A stretch of 64,000 nt of DNA, taken from the NCBI GenBank assembly GCA_963714795.1, contig CAVQPS010000010.1, positions 385,002 to 449,001 of the forward strand, written 5' to 3'. This stretch comes from an uncultured Ignavibacteriales bacterium (GTDB lineage Bacteria > Bacteroidota > Ignavibacteria > UBA10030 > SZUA-254). The translations under genes and the position numbers were made by a program. The first letter of the stretch is position 1, and the number at the start of each line of letters is the position of its first letter. Positions 31,672 to 42,390 of the stretch are shown here, piece by piece. The notes below the pieces were generated by a model. The model was given only the letters and a program-made list of their open reading frames with translations, searched no databases and was not told the DNA's origin.

Positions 31672-32151
31672 TTAATACGGAACTTTCATGCCCTGGTAAA
31701 ACTCCGGCACTTTATAATCTTTTCGCAACGGATGCCCATCCCAATCTTCCGGTAACAGCATGCGCCGCAAATCGGGATGACCGATAAATTTTATACCGAT
31801 GAGATCATATGCTTCGCGTTCATGCCAGTTTGCCGTAGGCCAGATCGAGGAAACCGACGGCACTTCCGGTTTATCGGCAGGCACTTCCACCTTCAGGGTG
31901 ATTTTATGCCGATGCTGCATCGAAGAAAGATGATAGACGACACTGAGAATATTCTTTCCATTATCGACACCGCTCAGGCACATCAGATAATCAAACAGCA
32001 ATTCCGGATCCTGCCGAAGTGTCGTTGCAATTTCTTTGATAGAAGAGGCCGAAACTTTTAAACATGGCTCGAGAACTCCTTCAATTTTCACGTCAAGAAT
32101 TTTGTCGGAGAACTGCGCTTTGAGTTTTTCGGAAATCTGTTGAGGGGTCAT
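31672..32151 (-). CDS. nuoC: NADH-quinone oxidoreductase subunit C (30 kDa)
   Basis: NuoC-type segments are present (DYLMCLSGVDNG, PTANWHEREAYDLIGIKFIGHPDLRR). Confidence 0.85.
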   Translation of the reverse strand: MTPQQISEKLKAQFSDKILDVKIEGVLEPCLKVSASSIKEIATTLRQDPELLFDYLMCLSGVDNGKNILSVVYHLSSMQHRHKITLKVEVPADKPEVPSVSSIWPTANWHEREAYDLIGIKFIGHPDLRRMLLPEDWDGHPLRKDYKVPEFYQGMKVPY

Positions 32152-32157
32152 TGGATA

Positions 32158-32649
32158 TCAGGCGGTCTTTTTGACGGAGCTATGCTGACGAATTTTATCC
32201 TGCAGTTTCAGCAATCCTTCGATCAACGCTTCGGGACGCGGAGGACAACCGGGAACGTAGACATCGACCGGAATCACGCGATCGACACCCTTCAAAACGT
32301 GGTAACCATGTTCCCAATACGGTCCGCCGCAATTGGAACAGCTTCCCATCGAAATGACATATCTCGGTTCCGACATCTGATCATAGAGCCGTTTGATCCG
32401 GCTTGCCATTTTCAACGTCACCGTACCGGCAACAATCATAACATCGGATTGGCGCGGCGTGGCACGGAAAAAGATCCCGAACCGATCGAGATCGTAATGC
32501 GAAGCACCGGTTGCCATCATTTCGATAGCGCAACAGGCGAGACCGAACTGCATTCCCCAAAGAGATGAAAGACGTGCCCAATTGAGCAAGTTATCAAGCG
32601 AGGTAATGACGACGTTGCTGTTATTGAATTCTTTATCTAATAATCCCAT
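32158..32649 (-). CDS. nuoB: NADH-quinone oxidoreductase subunit B (20 kDa, PSST)
   Basis: The N2 cluster ligands are present ([33 protein letters not shown]). Confidence 0.9.
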   Translation of the reverse strand: MGLLDKEFNNSNVVITSLDNLLNWARLSSLWGMQFGLACCAIEMMATGASHYDLDRFGIFFRATPRQSDVMIVAGTVTLKMASRIKRLYDQMSEPRYVISMGSCSNCGGPYWEHGYHVLKGVDRVIPVDVYVPGCPPRPEALIEGLLKLQDKIRQHSSVKKTA

Positions 32650-32653
32650 ACAA

Positions 32654-33103
32654 TTATACCGGAACTTCTTTTTGCTGTGGTTGATCTTCGATTGTGAACG
32701 ATGAATGGTGTTTGAGTATTTCCGGTTCCGGCTTATCCCAATCCAGATCGCCTTTCACCCAGACATGGGCGTATCCGACAAGCAGAATAGCAAGGAAGAT
32801 CAGCATTTCGACAAAAGCATACATGCCGAGATTTTTATAGACGAGTGCCCAGGGAAAGAGGAATATAATTTCCACGTCAAAGAGGAGAAAAATCAGCGCG
32901 ACAACATAAAAACGAATGTTGAACCGCACCCAGGAATCGCCGACAGGCTCTTCACCGCATTCGTACGTAGTTAATTTATTGGGATACCAGCGTTTCGGTC
33001 GGATCAGCCACGCGAAAACAAGACCGCCAGCAACAAAAATTGCGCTGACAATGAAGAAGATAAACACGCGTCCGAATTCAGTGAGCATGACCAGCGTTCG
33101 CAA
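32654..33103 (-). CDS. nuoA: NADH-quinone oxidoreductase subunit A
   Basis: The NuoA/ND3 motifs are present ([40 protein letters not shown]). It is the first gene of the operon. Confidence 0.85.
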   Translation of the reverse strand: MRTLVMLTEFGRVFIFFIVSAIFVAGGLVFAWLIRPKRWYPNKLTTYECGEEPVGDSWVRFNIRFYVVALIFLLFDVEIIFLFPWALVYKNLGMYAFVEMLIFLAILLVGYAHVWVKGDLDWDKPEPEILKHHSSFTIEDQPQQKEVPV

Positions 33104-33392
33104 TGAGAATTGAACTATCTTTTTTTCAGCATCGGAATATAGAAAGAAATAGATTGAAAGTCAAAAAATTTCATAAAGAAAAAATTATATAATGATACCG
33201 CGACGTCAATCGATGTTCAGGAAGAATTTCTGGATTTTTATTATTTCGCACAGTATCTCTATTGTGAGTAGACATCGGCAGGATCCTCGGTTTCCGGCAT
33301 CACCTCCCAGGTTGGAATACCGCACCTATTTGATGCTTTTGGGGGCCGTCAACGAGCTTTTCACAAAAAAAATTTTCGGAATGAAACCGGTG

Positions 33393-33941
33393 TTACGAAG
33401 GATCCCACTCTGTTTCTGAAAAATTACTCAAGGCATTACTGTAACGGGCAAGTACAAACAGAAAATCGGAAAGCCGGTTGAGATAGATGACGGGATTTTT
33501 CCCGATGGATGGTTCGACCTGAGCGAGGTGGACGACAATGCGTTCGGCGCGGCGGCATACCGTGCGCGCAAAATGGACCATTGCCGATGTGCGGCTCCCA
33601 CCGGGAAGAATAAATTTCTTCAGGGGAGTAAGGTGAGATTCCAGCCCGTCAATATTTTTTTCGATTCGACCAATGTGCGATTCCTGAATACGCTGGATAG
33701 GAGACGTTGGTCTTTCTTCGGGCGTTGCCAGATCTGCACCAAGTGTAAACAGATCATGCTGCAATTCATCAAAAAACAGATCGAGTTCTTTAACGGTGTT
33801 CAACGAACGGCAAACCCCGATGACACTGTTTAATTCATCCACCGTACCGTACGCATCGATGCGCAGGGAATTTTTCGGTACGCGCTTTCCACCGTACAGA
33901 GATGTCTCTCCCGCATCTCCCGTTTTTGTGTATATCTTCAT
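33393..33941 (-). CDS. ATP:cob(I)alamin adenosyltransferase, PduO-type (MMAB family)
   Basis: The N-terminus is MKIYTKTGDAGETSLYGGKRVPKNSLRIDAYGTVDELNS. The length of 182 aa fits a PduO-type N-terminal domain. Confidence 0.8.
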   Translation of the reverse strand: MKIYTKTGDAGETSLYGGKRVPKNSLRIDAYGTVDELNSVIGVCRSLNTVKELDLFFDELQHDLFTLGADLATPEERPTSPIQRIQESHIGRIEKNIDGLESHLTPLKKFILPGGSRTSAMVHFARTVCRRAERIVVHLAQVEPSIGKNPVIYLNRLSDFLFVLARYSNALSNFSETEWDPS

Positions 33942-33978
33942 GAGTACTTAGAGAAAGGTATTGGGAAAAACTTCAGAA

Positions 33979-35259
33979 TCAGTTACAGGAAAATATCCGG
34001 AGGACAACACCAAAGATGCCGACAACCGTCACGTCAAATCCCGTGTGGGAATATATGCACAGAATTTGATTCGGAATATTGAGTGATTGCTGCACCCAGG
34101 TAGCCCCCCCATCATTGGTATGCAGTAATAAGCCGTAAGCGCCGGCAGCAAACCCTTTATTGGAATCTGCAAACGAAACCGTATAGAACCAATTATACAC
34201 ACCGGACGGTGTGACTGTCCATGATGAACCGCCGTTTGTTGTACGAATAATCGTACCGTTGTCGCCAACAGCTGTTGCTGTGTTGGGGTTCACCATTGCA
34301 ACTGAGTACAATACATTGGCTCCTGCGCTATTCTGTTTCACCCAATCCAATCCTCCGTCAGTGGTCCACAGAATTGTTCCCTCGCTTCCTGAGACGACGC
34401 CGTTATTGGTGCCTGAAAAAGAAACCGAATATAAATTAGTGCCGACCCCTGAAGTTGCCTGAAGCCACAAACTTCCGCCATCGGTCGTCCGCAGAATCCT
34501 ACCTCCATCACCAACGGCAACCCAACTGTTTGATCCCAGGTATGCTATAGAATTCAGAGTGCTTTTCGTGCCGCTCGTTTGCGACGCCCACGTAGCACCT
34601 TCATCATCGGTTCGCAGGATAGTTCCATTCGCACCGACCGTCATACCGGTCGTCCCATGAACGCTGATAAAAGCCAGATTTTGTCCCGTTCCGCTCGCCA
34701 CCGAATCCCATGAAACACCGGCATCGGTAGTTTTGAGGATAAGACCGGCAGTCCCCACAATAAGTCCATCGGAGTTATCAAAAAATGCAGCTCCGTAAAG
34801 GTCATTATAAAATCCGCTCTTTTGTTTACCGACCGAATCAAACGGTGTCGTGGCAAAGGCAATGTTCGAGTAGAAAGAACGACCGATTTTATTATCCGCG
34901 TATACACGATAATTATAGGTATTGCCGCAAAGCAATCCTGCGTCATTATAGACAGTCACTGATCCGGACGTACTGTCGATAATCTGCCACAACGTATCAG
35001 GGGTCATTTCTCGTTCGATGACAAACCAGTTAGCAATTCGGGATGTGTCGATCCAATCAAGTTCAATAGTAGAGAGTGAAGTCGATTTCGCTTTAAGATA
35101 CGCGGGTGCACCGGGAGGCCGATATGTGTTGACCGGCGGGGGTATAAACGGCGATTTCTGCGACTCAGTAGGGCTTGCAACTTTACATGAATTGAAAAGC
35201 GCTATTGCAGCGAGAATAAAAAAAACGAGAAGACGATATTTTGCTCGATATGATTTCAA
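33979..35259 (-). CDS. Lipoprotein with a fibronectin type III-like domain and a BNR/Ycf48-like beta-propeller
   Basis: It has a signal peptide plus lipobox (LFNSC). An FN3-like segment (STIELDWIDTS...YNYRVYADN) is present. At least six repeats of the type T.DGG.SW / T.DGG.TW indicate a BNR/Asp-box-related propeller. Confidence 0.6.
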   Translation of the reverse strand: MKSYRAKYRLLVFFILAAIALFNSCKVASPTESQKSPFIPPPVNTYRPPGAPAYLKAKSTSLSTIELDWIDTSRIANWFVIEREMTPDTLWQIIDSTSGSVTVYNDAGLLCGNTYNYRVYADNKIGRSFYSNIAFATTPFDSVGKQKSGFYNDLYGAAFFDNSDGLIVGTAGLILKTTDAGVSWDSVASGTGQNLAFISVHGTTGMTVGANGTILRTDDEGATWASQTSGTKSTLNSIAYLGSNSWVAVGDGGRILRTTDGGSLWLQATSGVGTNLYSVSFSGTNNGVVSGSEGTILWTTDGGLDWVKQNSAGANVLYSVAMVNPNTATAVGDNGTIIRTTNGGSSWTVTPSGVYNWFYTVSFADSNKGFAAGAYGLLLHTNDGGATWVQQSLNIPNQILCIYSHTGFDVTVVGIFGVVLRIFSCN

Positions 35260-35348
35260 ACAAACATCTTCATCTGATAATGAGAAAATATTTCATTAGG
35301 TGTATGCATAAAAAAAACCGTAAACCCCATTTTCGTACGAAGGACGGG

Positions 35349-36737
35349 CTAACTCTTCTTTCCATTATTCATAAAACGGGGCAGTTCATTATAAAAATAG
35401 GCAACCGTTCTTATGCCGCCGTAAAAATTATTGAGACAGATAAATTCATCAGGCGCATGAGCGTTTTCATCCGGAACGCCGAATCCCAGCAACACGGTAT
35501 CGAGTCCGAGAATTTCCTTGAATTGCACGACAATCGGAATCGAACCGCCTTCACGTTGAAACAACGGTTTCTTGCCGAATCCTTTTTCCAATGCCGATGC
35601 TGCCGCTTGAACTCCGGGACTATCCATCGGCGTAATCGCCGGTTCCCCGCCATGAAGATATCGAATGGAAATTTGAACTGTCGATGGGGCAATTTTCTTA
35701 ATATACTTTTCAAAAAGTTTTGAAATTTTGGTTGAGTTTTGGTCAGGCACCAATCGCATGGATATTTTCGCTGACGCCTTGGAAGGAAGAACGGTCTTGG
35801 CTCCATCCCCCGTAAATCCTCCCCAGATACCGTTGCACTCTAAGGTCGGGCGCACCCACAACCGTTCAAGTGTCGTAAATCCTTTTTCACCGTACAATTT
35901 TTTTACGCCCAACTCTTTTGCATAACGCGCATCGTTCCAGGGAAGTTTTTTTAACGCGGCGCGTTCACGACCGGAAACCACACGGACATCCTGATAAAAT
36001 CCGGGAATGGTCACGCGCCCGTTTTTATCATGAAGCCGCGCGATAATTTCCGCGAGCACCTGCACCGGATTGTGAACCGAACCGCCGAACGAGCCGGAAT
36101 GTAAATCCTTATTCGGACCGACGACATCAACTTCCATATAGGAAAGCCCGCGCAGGCCGTAACAAACGGACGGAACACCTTTTGCAAACATCGACGTATC
36201 GGAAATCAGCACAAGATCCGATTTCAACAACGACCGGTGTTCCCGTACAAAAAGATCGAGATGTTCACTGCCGATTTCTTCTTCGCCTTCAATAATGAAT
36301 TTTATGTTGATCGGGAGTTTGCCGGTATTTTTTAAAAATGCTTCGATACCTTTGAGATGGATGAATACCTGCCCTTTGTCATCAGCGGACCCGCGGGCAT
36401 ACAAGTTGCCGTCCCGCTCCGTCGCTTCAAACGGCGGCGTGGTCCAGAGTTCAATCGGATCAACCGGCTGAACATCGTAATGCCCGTAGATCAGGAGTGT
36501 CGGTTTGCCCGGCGCCTGCAACCAATCTGCATACACGATCGGATGACCTGCCGTAGAAAAAATCTGTACGTTTTGCATCCCGATTGTTTTGAGATGATCG
36601 GTGATCCATTCTGCACAGCGTTTTATATCGGGTACGTTTTCCGGATTCGTGCTGACGCTGGGAATCGCGAGGAGTGTTTTTAATTCATCTAAATATCGAC
36701 TGCTATTTTGTTCAATGTATTTGAGAATGCGTTCCAT
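35349..36737 (-). CDS. M20/M25/M40-family metallopeptidase (dipeptidase / deacylase-like)
   Basis: The metal-binding motifs are present as GHYDVQP, ARGSADDKG and EGEEEIGS. The C-terminus is HAPDEFI. Confidence 0.75.
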   Translation of the reverse strand: MERILKYIEQNSSRYLDELKTLLAIPSVSTNPENVPDIKRCAEWITDHLKTIGMQNVQIFSTAGHPIVYADWLQAPGKPTLLIYGHYDVQPVDPIELWTTPPFEATERDGNLYARGSADDKGQVFIHLKGIEAFLKNTGKLPINIKFIIEGEEEIGSEHLDLFVREHRSLLKSDLVLISDTSMFAKGVPSVCYGLRGLSYMEVDVVGPNKDLHSGSFGGSVHNPVQVLAEIIARLHDKNGRVTIPGFYQDVRVVSGRERAALKKLPWNDARYAKELGVKKLYGEKGFTTLERLWVRPTLECNGIWGGFTGDGAKTVLPSKASAKISMRLVPDQNSTKISKLFEKYIKKIAPSTVQISIRYLHGGEPAITPMDSPGVQAAASALEKGFGKKPLFQREGGSIPIVVQFKEILGLDTVLLGFGVPDENAHAPDEFICLNNFYGGIRTVAYFYNELPRFMNNGKKS

Positions 36738-36913
36738 ACTTTTGTGTCAAATGAAGGTAACGAACAAAACGAATTGATGTTATATCTGAAGTGTAAATCA
36801 ATATAATAAAGCCAAAAGGGAGTTGCAAGTTAAACTTTAGGCATGATTTTTGTGTATTATCTTTGTAAAATCGACCCAAATATTGAAAATGGCCGATGTT
36901 TTGAGTATCTTAC

Positions 36914-37762
36914 TTGACAAGTATTTTCATTTTTGATATGCGCACGCTTATAAGCATAATAGAAATATTACTCCCTGTTCTTTACTTCAGCACGATTTGG
37001 GCATATGCACGTGCCTTTTTTAGCGGGGTTAAAACTGCCGAATCCCTGAAAACGCCGCTTTTGTATTCGACTGTCATTCTTCATTTTTTGTACATCATAC
37101 TCAGGACAACGGAATACGACCATCCGCCGATAACATCCGTCTTCGAAATTCTTTCTCTCATCGCATTTACAATTGCCGTTGTGTATACGTTCATCGAGTT
37201 CAAAACGAAAAATACATCGACCGGTTACTTCATTCTCATTATTCCCTTTTTCTTTCAAATTATTTCATCGCTGTTCATCAAAGAGAATTCGGAAGTCCCT
37301 GCACTCCTGCGCAGTAATCTTCTTGGTTTTCATGTCACGAGCGCGCTGCTGGGTTACGCGGCAATTACGATTTCCGCTGTATACGGGTTTCTCTATCTCA
37401 TGCTATACCATAATATTAAATCGAGTCAATTCGGATTGATTTATAACCGACTGCCGAATTTGGAAATGCTCGAACGGATGAGTTTTACGGCAACGGTATT
37501 CGGATTCCTGTTGCTCACCGTGGCAATCGTGGTCGGGCTTGTCTGGATGCCGAAAGTCTTCGGCAATATCCCGTACACCGATCCCAAATTATTCGGTACG
37601 ATCGCTATCTGGCTGATTTACGCCGTTGGACTCACGGCAAAGAAAGCAGCTCGCTGGCAAGGAAAGCGCATTATCGTGTTATCGATGTTCGGTTTTGCCA
37701 TCGCGATGTTCTCGATGACGATCATCAATATCTTTTTGAGCGGGTTCCATAAATTTTTCTGA
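36914..37762 (+). CDS. Cytochrome c assembly protein family membrane protein (HemX/CcsA-like) upstream of hemA
   Basis: It is polytopic, with 8 predicted TM helices. A CcsA-like tryptophan-rich region is GLVWMP...AIWLIYAVGL. Its position immediately 5' of hemA mirrors Bacillus hemAXCDBL. The start could be 36914 or the ATG at 36938. Confidence 0.65.
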   Translation: MTSIFIFDMRTLISIIEILLPVLYFSTIWAYARAFFSGVKTAESLKTPLLYSTVILHFLYIILRTTEYDHPPITSVFEILSLIAFTIAVVYTFIEFKTKNTSTGYFILIIPFFFQIISSLFIKENSEVPALLRSNLLGFHVTSALLGYAAITISAVYGFLYLMLYHNIKSSQFGLIYNRLPNLEMLERMSFTATVFGFLLLTVAIVVGLVWMPKVFGNIPYTDPKLFGTIAIWLIYAVGLTAKKAARWQGKRIIVLSMFGFAIAMFSMTIINIFLSGFHKFF

Positions 37763-37811
37763 CGATGACGCACAATTTACTCATACGGATTTTTACATGC
37801 CGGACTTGTCC

Positions 37812-39086
37812 ATGAATATTTTCTGTCTTGGCATCAGTCATCATACGGCGCCTGTCGGGATACGCGAGAAACTCTGGTTCTCTGCGGAAGAAATCCCTTC
37901 GGCGCTATCATCGTTGCATGAAAAATATATGCAGGAACTTGTACTGATTTCCACATGCAACCGGACTGAGCTGTATTACGTTCCGCGTGACACCGGTTGG
38001 AACGGAACACCGCTCTGGAAAATTCTTACCAGTTACAAGACCAACACACAGGAAGTCGGCGAAGCTCATTTTTATTCCTTGTCGGCAAAAGATGCGGTAC
38101 AACATTTATTCGATGTTGCATCGGGAACCGATTCGATGGTTCTCGGCGACGTTCAGATTCTGAACCAGATGAAAGAAGCATTTACGCTGGCGCAGGAACA
38201 ACACTGCACGGGAACGTTGATGAATCGTTTATTTCATACGACGTTCCATGTCGGAAAACGGGCACGGGCGGAAACGGAAATCGGCGAAGGCGCCGTTTCG
38301 GTCAGCTACGCAGCGGCGGAATTAGCATCCAAAATTTTCGGAGACCTCACAAAACGAACAGCGCTTCTTATCGGCGCCGGAGAAACCGGCATGCTTACCG
38401 CCAAGCATTTAACAAGCCGCAACCTTGGAACATTATTATTGACAAACCGAACCCGTTCCAGAGCAGAAGAGCTGGTCTCCCAGCTCGGCGGACGCGTTGT
38501 CGATTTCGATCGGATGACCACCGAACTTCCGCTGGTCGATATCGTTATCACTTCCGTTGAAGCACCGACGCATATTCTATCCGCCGGCGATATCCGCCAG
38601 ACAATGAAACAGCGGGGAAATAAACCGCTGTTCATCATCGATATCGGGGTACCGCGGAATGTCGATCCGGCAGTTAATCAAATCGGAAATGTGTTCCTCC
38701 ACGATATCGACGCACTCAACCATATTATTGATCAAAATCTTGCTCACCGGAAAGCGGAAGTTCCGAAGATAGAACAGATTGTCCGGGATGAATTTGAACA
38801 ATTTCAATTATGGCACGATGGACTCGAGGTTACACCGACAATTCAACAACTCCGGGAACAATTCGAACTTATTCGCCATGAAGAGGTCGGGAAACATTTG
38901 CATCATTTCCCCACCGACAAACAGGAAGAAATCGAAATCCTCACGAAACGCATCGTGAATAAAATTCTTCATACACCCATGGTCAACCTCAAAATCGGCG
39001 ACAATGAATCCGGCAAGGATGAAACCCGCGCCAAAGTTTCCATTGTCCGGAGTTTATTCGGACTGGATAAAAAACAACGGTCATGA
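37812..39086 (+). CDS. hemA: Glutamyl-tRNA reductase
   Basis: The N-terminus is MNIFCLGISHHTAPVGIREK. The catalytic Cys is in LISTCNRTELY. An NADPH-binding segment (LLIGAGETGMLTAKHL) is present. The ORF is open from 37797, and the ATG at 37812 gives the canonical N-terminus. Confidence 0.9.
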   Translation: MNIFCLGISHHTAPVGIREKLWFSAEEIPSALSSLHEKYMQELVLISTCNRTELYYVPRDTGWNGTPLWKILTSYKTNTQEVGEAHFYSLSAKDAVQHLFDVASGTDSMVLGDVQILNQMKEAFTLAQEQHCTGTLMNRLFHTTFHVGKRARAETEIGEGAVSVSYAAAELASKIFGDLTKRTALLIGAGETGMLTAKHLTSRNLGTLLLTNRTRSRAEELVSQLGGRVVDFDRMTTELPLVDIVITSVEAPTHILSAGDIRQTMKQRGNKPLFIIDIGVPRNVDPAVNQIGNVFLHDIDALNHIIDQNLAHRKAEVPKIEQIVRDEFEQFQLWHDGLEVTPTIQQLREQFELIRHEEVGKHLHHFPTDKQEEIEILTKRIVNKILHTPMVNLKIGDNESGKDETRAKVSIVRSLFGLDKKQRS

Positions 39087-40054
39087 AGAATTCACAACAA
39101 TCGATCGTCATCGGAACGCGCGGCAGTCAGCTTGCACTCTGGCAGGCAAACTGGGTGAAACAGGAATTGAACACTCATTTTCGTCATCTGCATGTCGAAA
39201 TTCAGATCATCAAAACAACGGGCGACAAAATTCTCGATTCGCCCCTTTCCGCAATCGGTGATAAAGGACTATTCACGAAAGAAATTGAACACGCCCTGTT
39301 GGAACATACAATAGATGTCGCCGTTCACAGCTTGAAAGATCTTCCCACCATGTTACCTGCCGGGTTGAAAATCGGTGCGATTTCAAAACGGGAAGATGTT
39401 CGCGATGTGTTTATCAGTCATCCCGACAAACCGTACAAGCGATTCGACGATGTTCCGCCGGATGCAGCTATTGCAACGGGAAGCCTGAGAAGAAAATGCC
39501 AATTGATGAGTATGAGACCCGGCCTTCGCATTATCGATCTTCGCGGAAATCTCAATACCCGTTTTGCAAAACTTGAACATTCCGATTGGGACGGGATGAT
39601 TCTCGCACGCGCCGGTGTCGTGAGACTCGGTTTCAAACAGCGTATTACACAGGTGTTGCCGATCGAACAGATGATGCCGGCAGTCGGTCAGGGAGCAATC
39701 GGCATCGAAATCCGGGAACATGATCCTGCGGTTGAAAAATTTCTTGAACCACTTGCAAGCCGCGCGGCAACGATCGCAACAACCGGTGAACGGGCGTTTC
39801 TCCGGTTCCTCGAAGGCGGATGTCAGGTTCCGATCGGTGCCTACGGTCGCATCGCACGCGGAGAATTTTTGCTCGACGCCATGATCGGCAGTCTCGACGG
39901 CAAGAAGATTGTACGCGGTAAAGCCCGCGGGACACCCGACCGTTCGGAAGAACTCGGCAAGCATCTTGCCGAAACATTGTATTCGGGCGGCGGAAAAGAA
40001 ATTCTTGAACAAATCCGATCCGTACCGGCAATAAAATCTTCAGCCGCCGGATAA
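39083..40054 (+). CDS. hemC: Hydroxymethylbilane synthase (porphobilinogen deaminase)
   Basis: The N-terminus is IVIGTRGSQLALWQA. The cofactor-binding segments LKDLP and GACGIE-like GQGAIGIE are present. Its ATGA start overlaps the hemA stop. Confidence 0.9.
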   Translation: MKNSQQSIVIGTRGSQLALWQANWVKQELNTHFRHLHVEIQIIKTTGDKILDSPLSAIGDKGLFTKEIEHALLEHTIDVAVHSLKDLPTMLPAGLKIGAISKREDVRDVFISHPDKPYKRFDDVPPDAAIATGSLRRKCQLMSMRPGLRIIDLRGNLNTRFAKLEHSDWDGMILARAGVVRLGFKQRITQVLPIEQMMPAVGQGAIGIEIREHDPAVEKFLEPLASRAATIATTGERAFLRFLEGGCQVPIGAYGRIARGEFLLDAMIGSLDGKKIVRGKARGTPDRSEELGKHLAETLYSGGGKEILEQIRSVPAIKSSAAG

Positions 40055-40081
40055 ATTTTTCGATACACCAACTCCACCTTT

Positions 40082-40876
40082 GTGAACGACGATAAACCGT
40101 TGACCGGAAAAACAATCCTTATTACCCGCGCTGAGCATCAGGCGGGCGATTTCGTCAATTTGATCATACAGCGGGGGGGTACACCGGTTGTGTTTCCGAC
40201 AATTCAAATCCTTCCGCCCGATTCGTGGGACTCCTGCGACCGTGCGCTACAGGGATTGTATATGTACGATGGAATTATTTTCACCAGTTCCAACGGGGTC
40301 GATTGTTTTTTCCGACGATGCACGGAAAAGTCAATTCCTAAAGCGGATCTTCAATCCAAACAAGTCTTCGTTGTCGGTGAAAAGACAAAACAGGCAACGG
40401 AAAAAGCAGGCCTGTCCGTAGCCATGATGCCTGAAAAATTTACAGCATCGGATCTTTCCAGACAACTCGAACAGCAGGATCTTCACGGCAAAACGTTTCT
40501 TTTCCCACGTGGAAATCTTGGCAGCAACGTTCTGGCTGACAACTTGAAGCTTCTCGGAGCCGGCATCGATTCCGTGATTGTATACAAAACCGAGAAGCCG
40601 AATACCGAGCATATTGACAAGATCCGTTTATTGCTTGAACAAAAAAAAATCGACGTCCTCAGCTTTACGAGTTCTTCGACATTCAATAATTTTACTGCGC
40701 TGTTTTCAAAACAAGAGATGAAATCGTTCTGCACCACGGCACGGATTGCAGTCATCGGGCCGGTCACGGCAAAGACAGTTGAATCGTTCGGTTTAAATGT
40801 CGATATTATACCATCGGTTTCTACCACATCCGCATTGGTAGAAGCCATCGAAGAATTTTTTCAATCGAACAGATAA
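40082..40876 (+). CDS. hemD: Uroporphyrinogen-III synthase (GTG start)
   Basis: It has the HEM4 fold with the pattern LTGKTILITRAEHQAGDF...TPVVFPTIQI. Its position between hemC and hemE supports the call. The start codon is uncertain and could be GTG at 40082 or a TTG slightly downstream. Confidence 0.75.
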   Translation: MNDDKPLTGKTILITRAEHQAGDFVNLIIQRGGTPVVFPTIQILPPDSWDSCDRALQGLYMYDGIIFTSSNGVDCFFRRCTEKSIPKADLQSKQVFVVGEKTKQATEKAGLSVAMMPEKFTASDLSRQLEQQDLHGKTFLFPRGNLGSNVLADNLKLLGAGIDSVIVYKTEKPNTEHIDKIRLLLEQKKIDVLSFTSSSTFNNFTALFSKQEMKSFCTTARIAVIGPVTAKTVESFGLNVDIIPSVSTTSALVEAIEEFFQSNR

Positions 40877-40892
40877 GACCGGACTCGTATTC

Positions 40893-41936
40893 ATGACGAA
40901 TGATATTTTTTTACAGGCACTCCTTCGAAAACCAACCGCACGCACACCGGTATGGATGATGCGGCAAGCCGGTCGATATTTACCGGAATACCGCGCCATC
41001 CGTGAAAAAGTGGATTTCCTGACATTATGCAAAACACCGGAACTTGCTGCAGAAGTGACGATACAACCTGTCGATATCGTGGATGTGGATGCGGCGATAA
41101 TCTTTTCCGACATACTTGTCGTTCCCGAAGCAATGGGAATGCATTTGATTATCGAGGAAGGAAAGGGCGGACCGCAATTTCCGGCACCTCTCCGGACCGA
41201 ACATGCAATCGCATCACTTGTCAATCCCGACCCGAACGACCGGTTGAAATTCGTGATGGATGCTCTCCGGCTGACACGTAAAAATTTAAACGGCAGAGTT
41301 CCCCTCATCGGTTTTTCAGGATCACCATGGACACTGGCTGCATACATGGTTGAAGGCCACGGTTCGAGAAATTTCAGATACATCAAGGAACTGATTTACA
41401 ACGAACCGAAACTCGCTCATAAACTCCTGGAAAAACTTGCCGGAACCGTTGCCGCGTATCTCTCCGCACAAATTGCAGCCGGCGCACAGGCAGTTCAAAT
41501 ATTCGATACGTGGGGCGGAATTCTGACACGTGATGCGTTTCAGGAATTTTCATTACGATATATCCGGCAGGTGATCGCCGAAACCAAAACCAACGGAGCA
41601 CCGATCATTGTGTTTTGTAAAGATTGCGGGCACTCGCTCGATGCAATTGCAGCAAGCGGCTGTCAGGCAGTCGGGTTGGACTGGACAACCGATATCGGCG
41701 ATGCGCGTCGCTCGGTTGGCAATATCGTTGCACTTCAGGGAAATATGGATCCGACAATGTTATATGCGCGGCCGGAACGGATTCGTGAAGAAGTGAAATC
41801 GATCCTTAAAAAATTCGGCAAAGGCAGCGGGCATATTTTCAATCTCGGGCATGGTATTTTACCCGACATTCCGGTTGATCATGCAAAAGAATTCATCCGC
41901 GCAGTGAAAGAAGAAAGTCAACCATATCATAACTAA
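40893..41936 (+). CDS. hemE: Uroporphyrinogen decarboxylase
   Basis: The N-terminus is PVWMMRQAGRYLPEYRAIRE. The motifs DAAIIFSDILVVPEAMG and FDTWGGIL are present. Confidence 0.9.
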   Translation: MTNDIFLQALLRKPTARTPVWMMRQAGRYLPEYRAIREKVDFLTLCKTPELAAEVTIQPVDIVDVDAAIIFSDILVVPEAMGMHLIIEEGKGGPQFPAPLRTEHAIASLVNPDPNDRLKFVMDALRLTRKNLNGRVPLIGFSGSPWTLAAYMVEGHGSRNFRYIKELIYNEPKLAHKLLEKLAGTVAAYLSAQIAAGAQAVQIFDTWGGILTRDAFQEFSLRYIRQVIAETKTNGAPIIVFCKDCGHSLDAIAASGCQAVGLDWTTDIGDARRSVGNIVALQGNMDPTMLYARPERIREEVKSILKKFGKGSGHIFNLGHGILPDIPVDHAKEFIRAVKEESQPYHN

Positions 41937-41967
41937 TCGTTCATCATTCATTATTTAGGAGATCATC

Positions 41968-42390
41968 ATGGCGGACAAAAAAGCATTGATTCAAGGTTTG
42001 AATGAAGACTTAGCCAATGAGCTGGGCGCTTCCATCCTGTACCTCTATCAAACTTCCACTGCCGTGGGATGGGATGGAGAAGAACTTCGTGAATTCCTTT
42101 CAGCGGAAATTACCGGTGAAATGCAGCATGCAATTTTTTTAGCGGAAAAAATCGCTTCGCTCGGCGGAAAACCGACAACAGAACCGCGCCAGCATAAGAG
42201 TCCGAAAGACGTTAAGAACATGCTCAAGTATGATTTAAAGATGGAACGCGAAGCCGTTGAAAACTACAGACTGCGCGCCATTCAAGCCGAAGAAGCCGGT
42301 GAATTCGGTCTCAAAATTAAACTCGAAGAATTGATCGTCGACGAAACAAGTCATGCCGAACAGATCGAACGTATTCTCAAAGGTATGTAA
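41968..42390 (+). CDS. Bacterioferritin-like / ferritin-like diiron protein (140 aa) embedded in the heme operon
   Basis: The Bfr-type four-helix pattern is LNEDLANELGASILYL...EITGEMQHAIFLAEKIASLGGKP...DLKMEREAVENY...DETSHAEQIERIL. An AGGAG Shine-Dalgarno site lies 6 nt upstream. Confidence 0.7.
   Translation: MADKKALIQGLNEDLANELGASILYLYQTSTAVGWDGEELREFLSAEITGEMQHAIFLAEKIASLGGKPTTEPRQHKSPKDVKNMLKYDLKMEREAVENYRLRAIQAEEAGEFGLKIKLEELIVDETSHAEQIERILKGM

Noticed and set aside
39383-40115. Two overlapping minus-strand ORFs (209 aa and 156 aa) inside hemC
   Set aside because: They are antisense to a gene with clear hydroxymethylbilane synthase homology. Their Arg/Cys-rich low-complexity translations are typical of non-coding frames.
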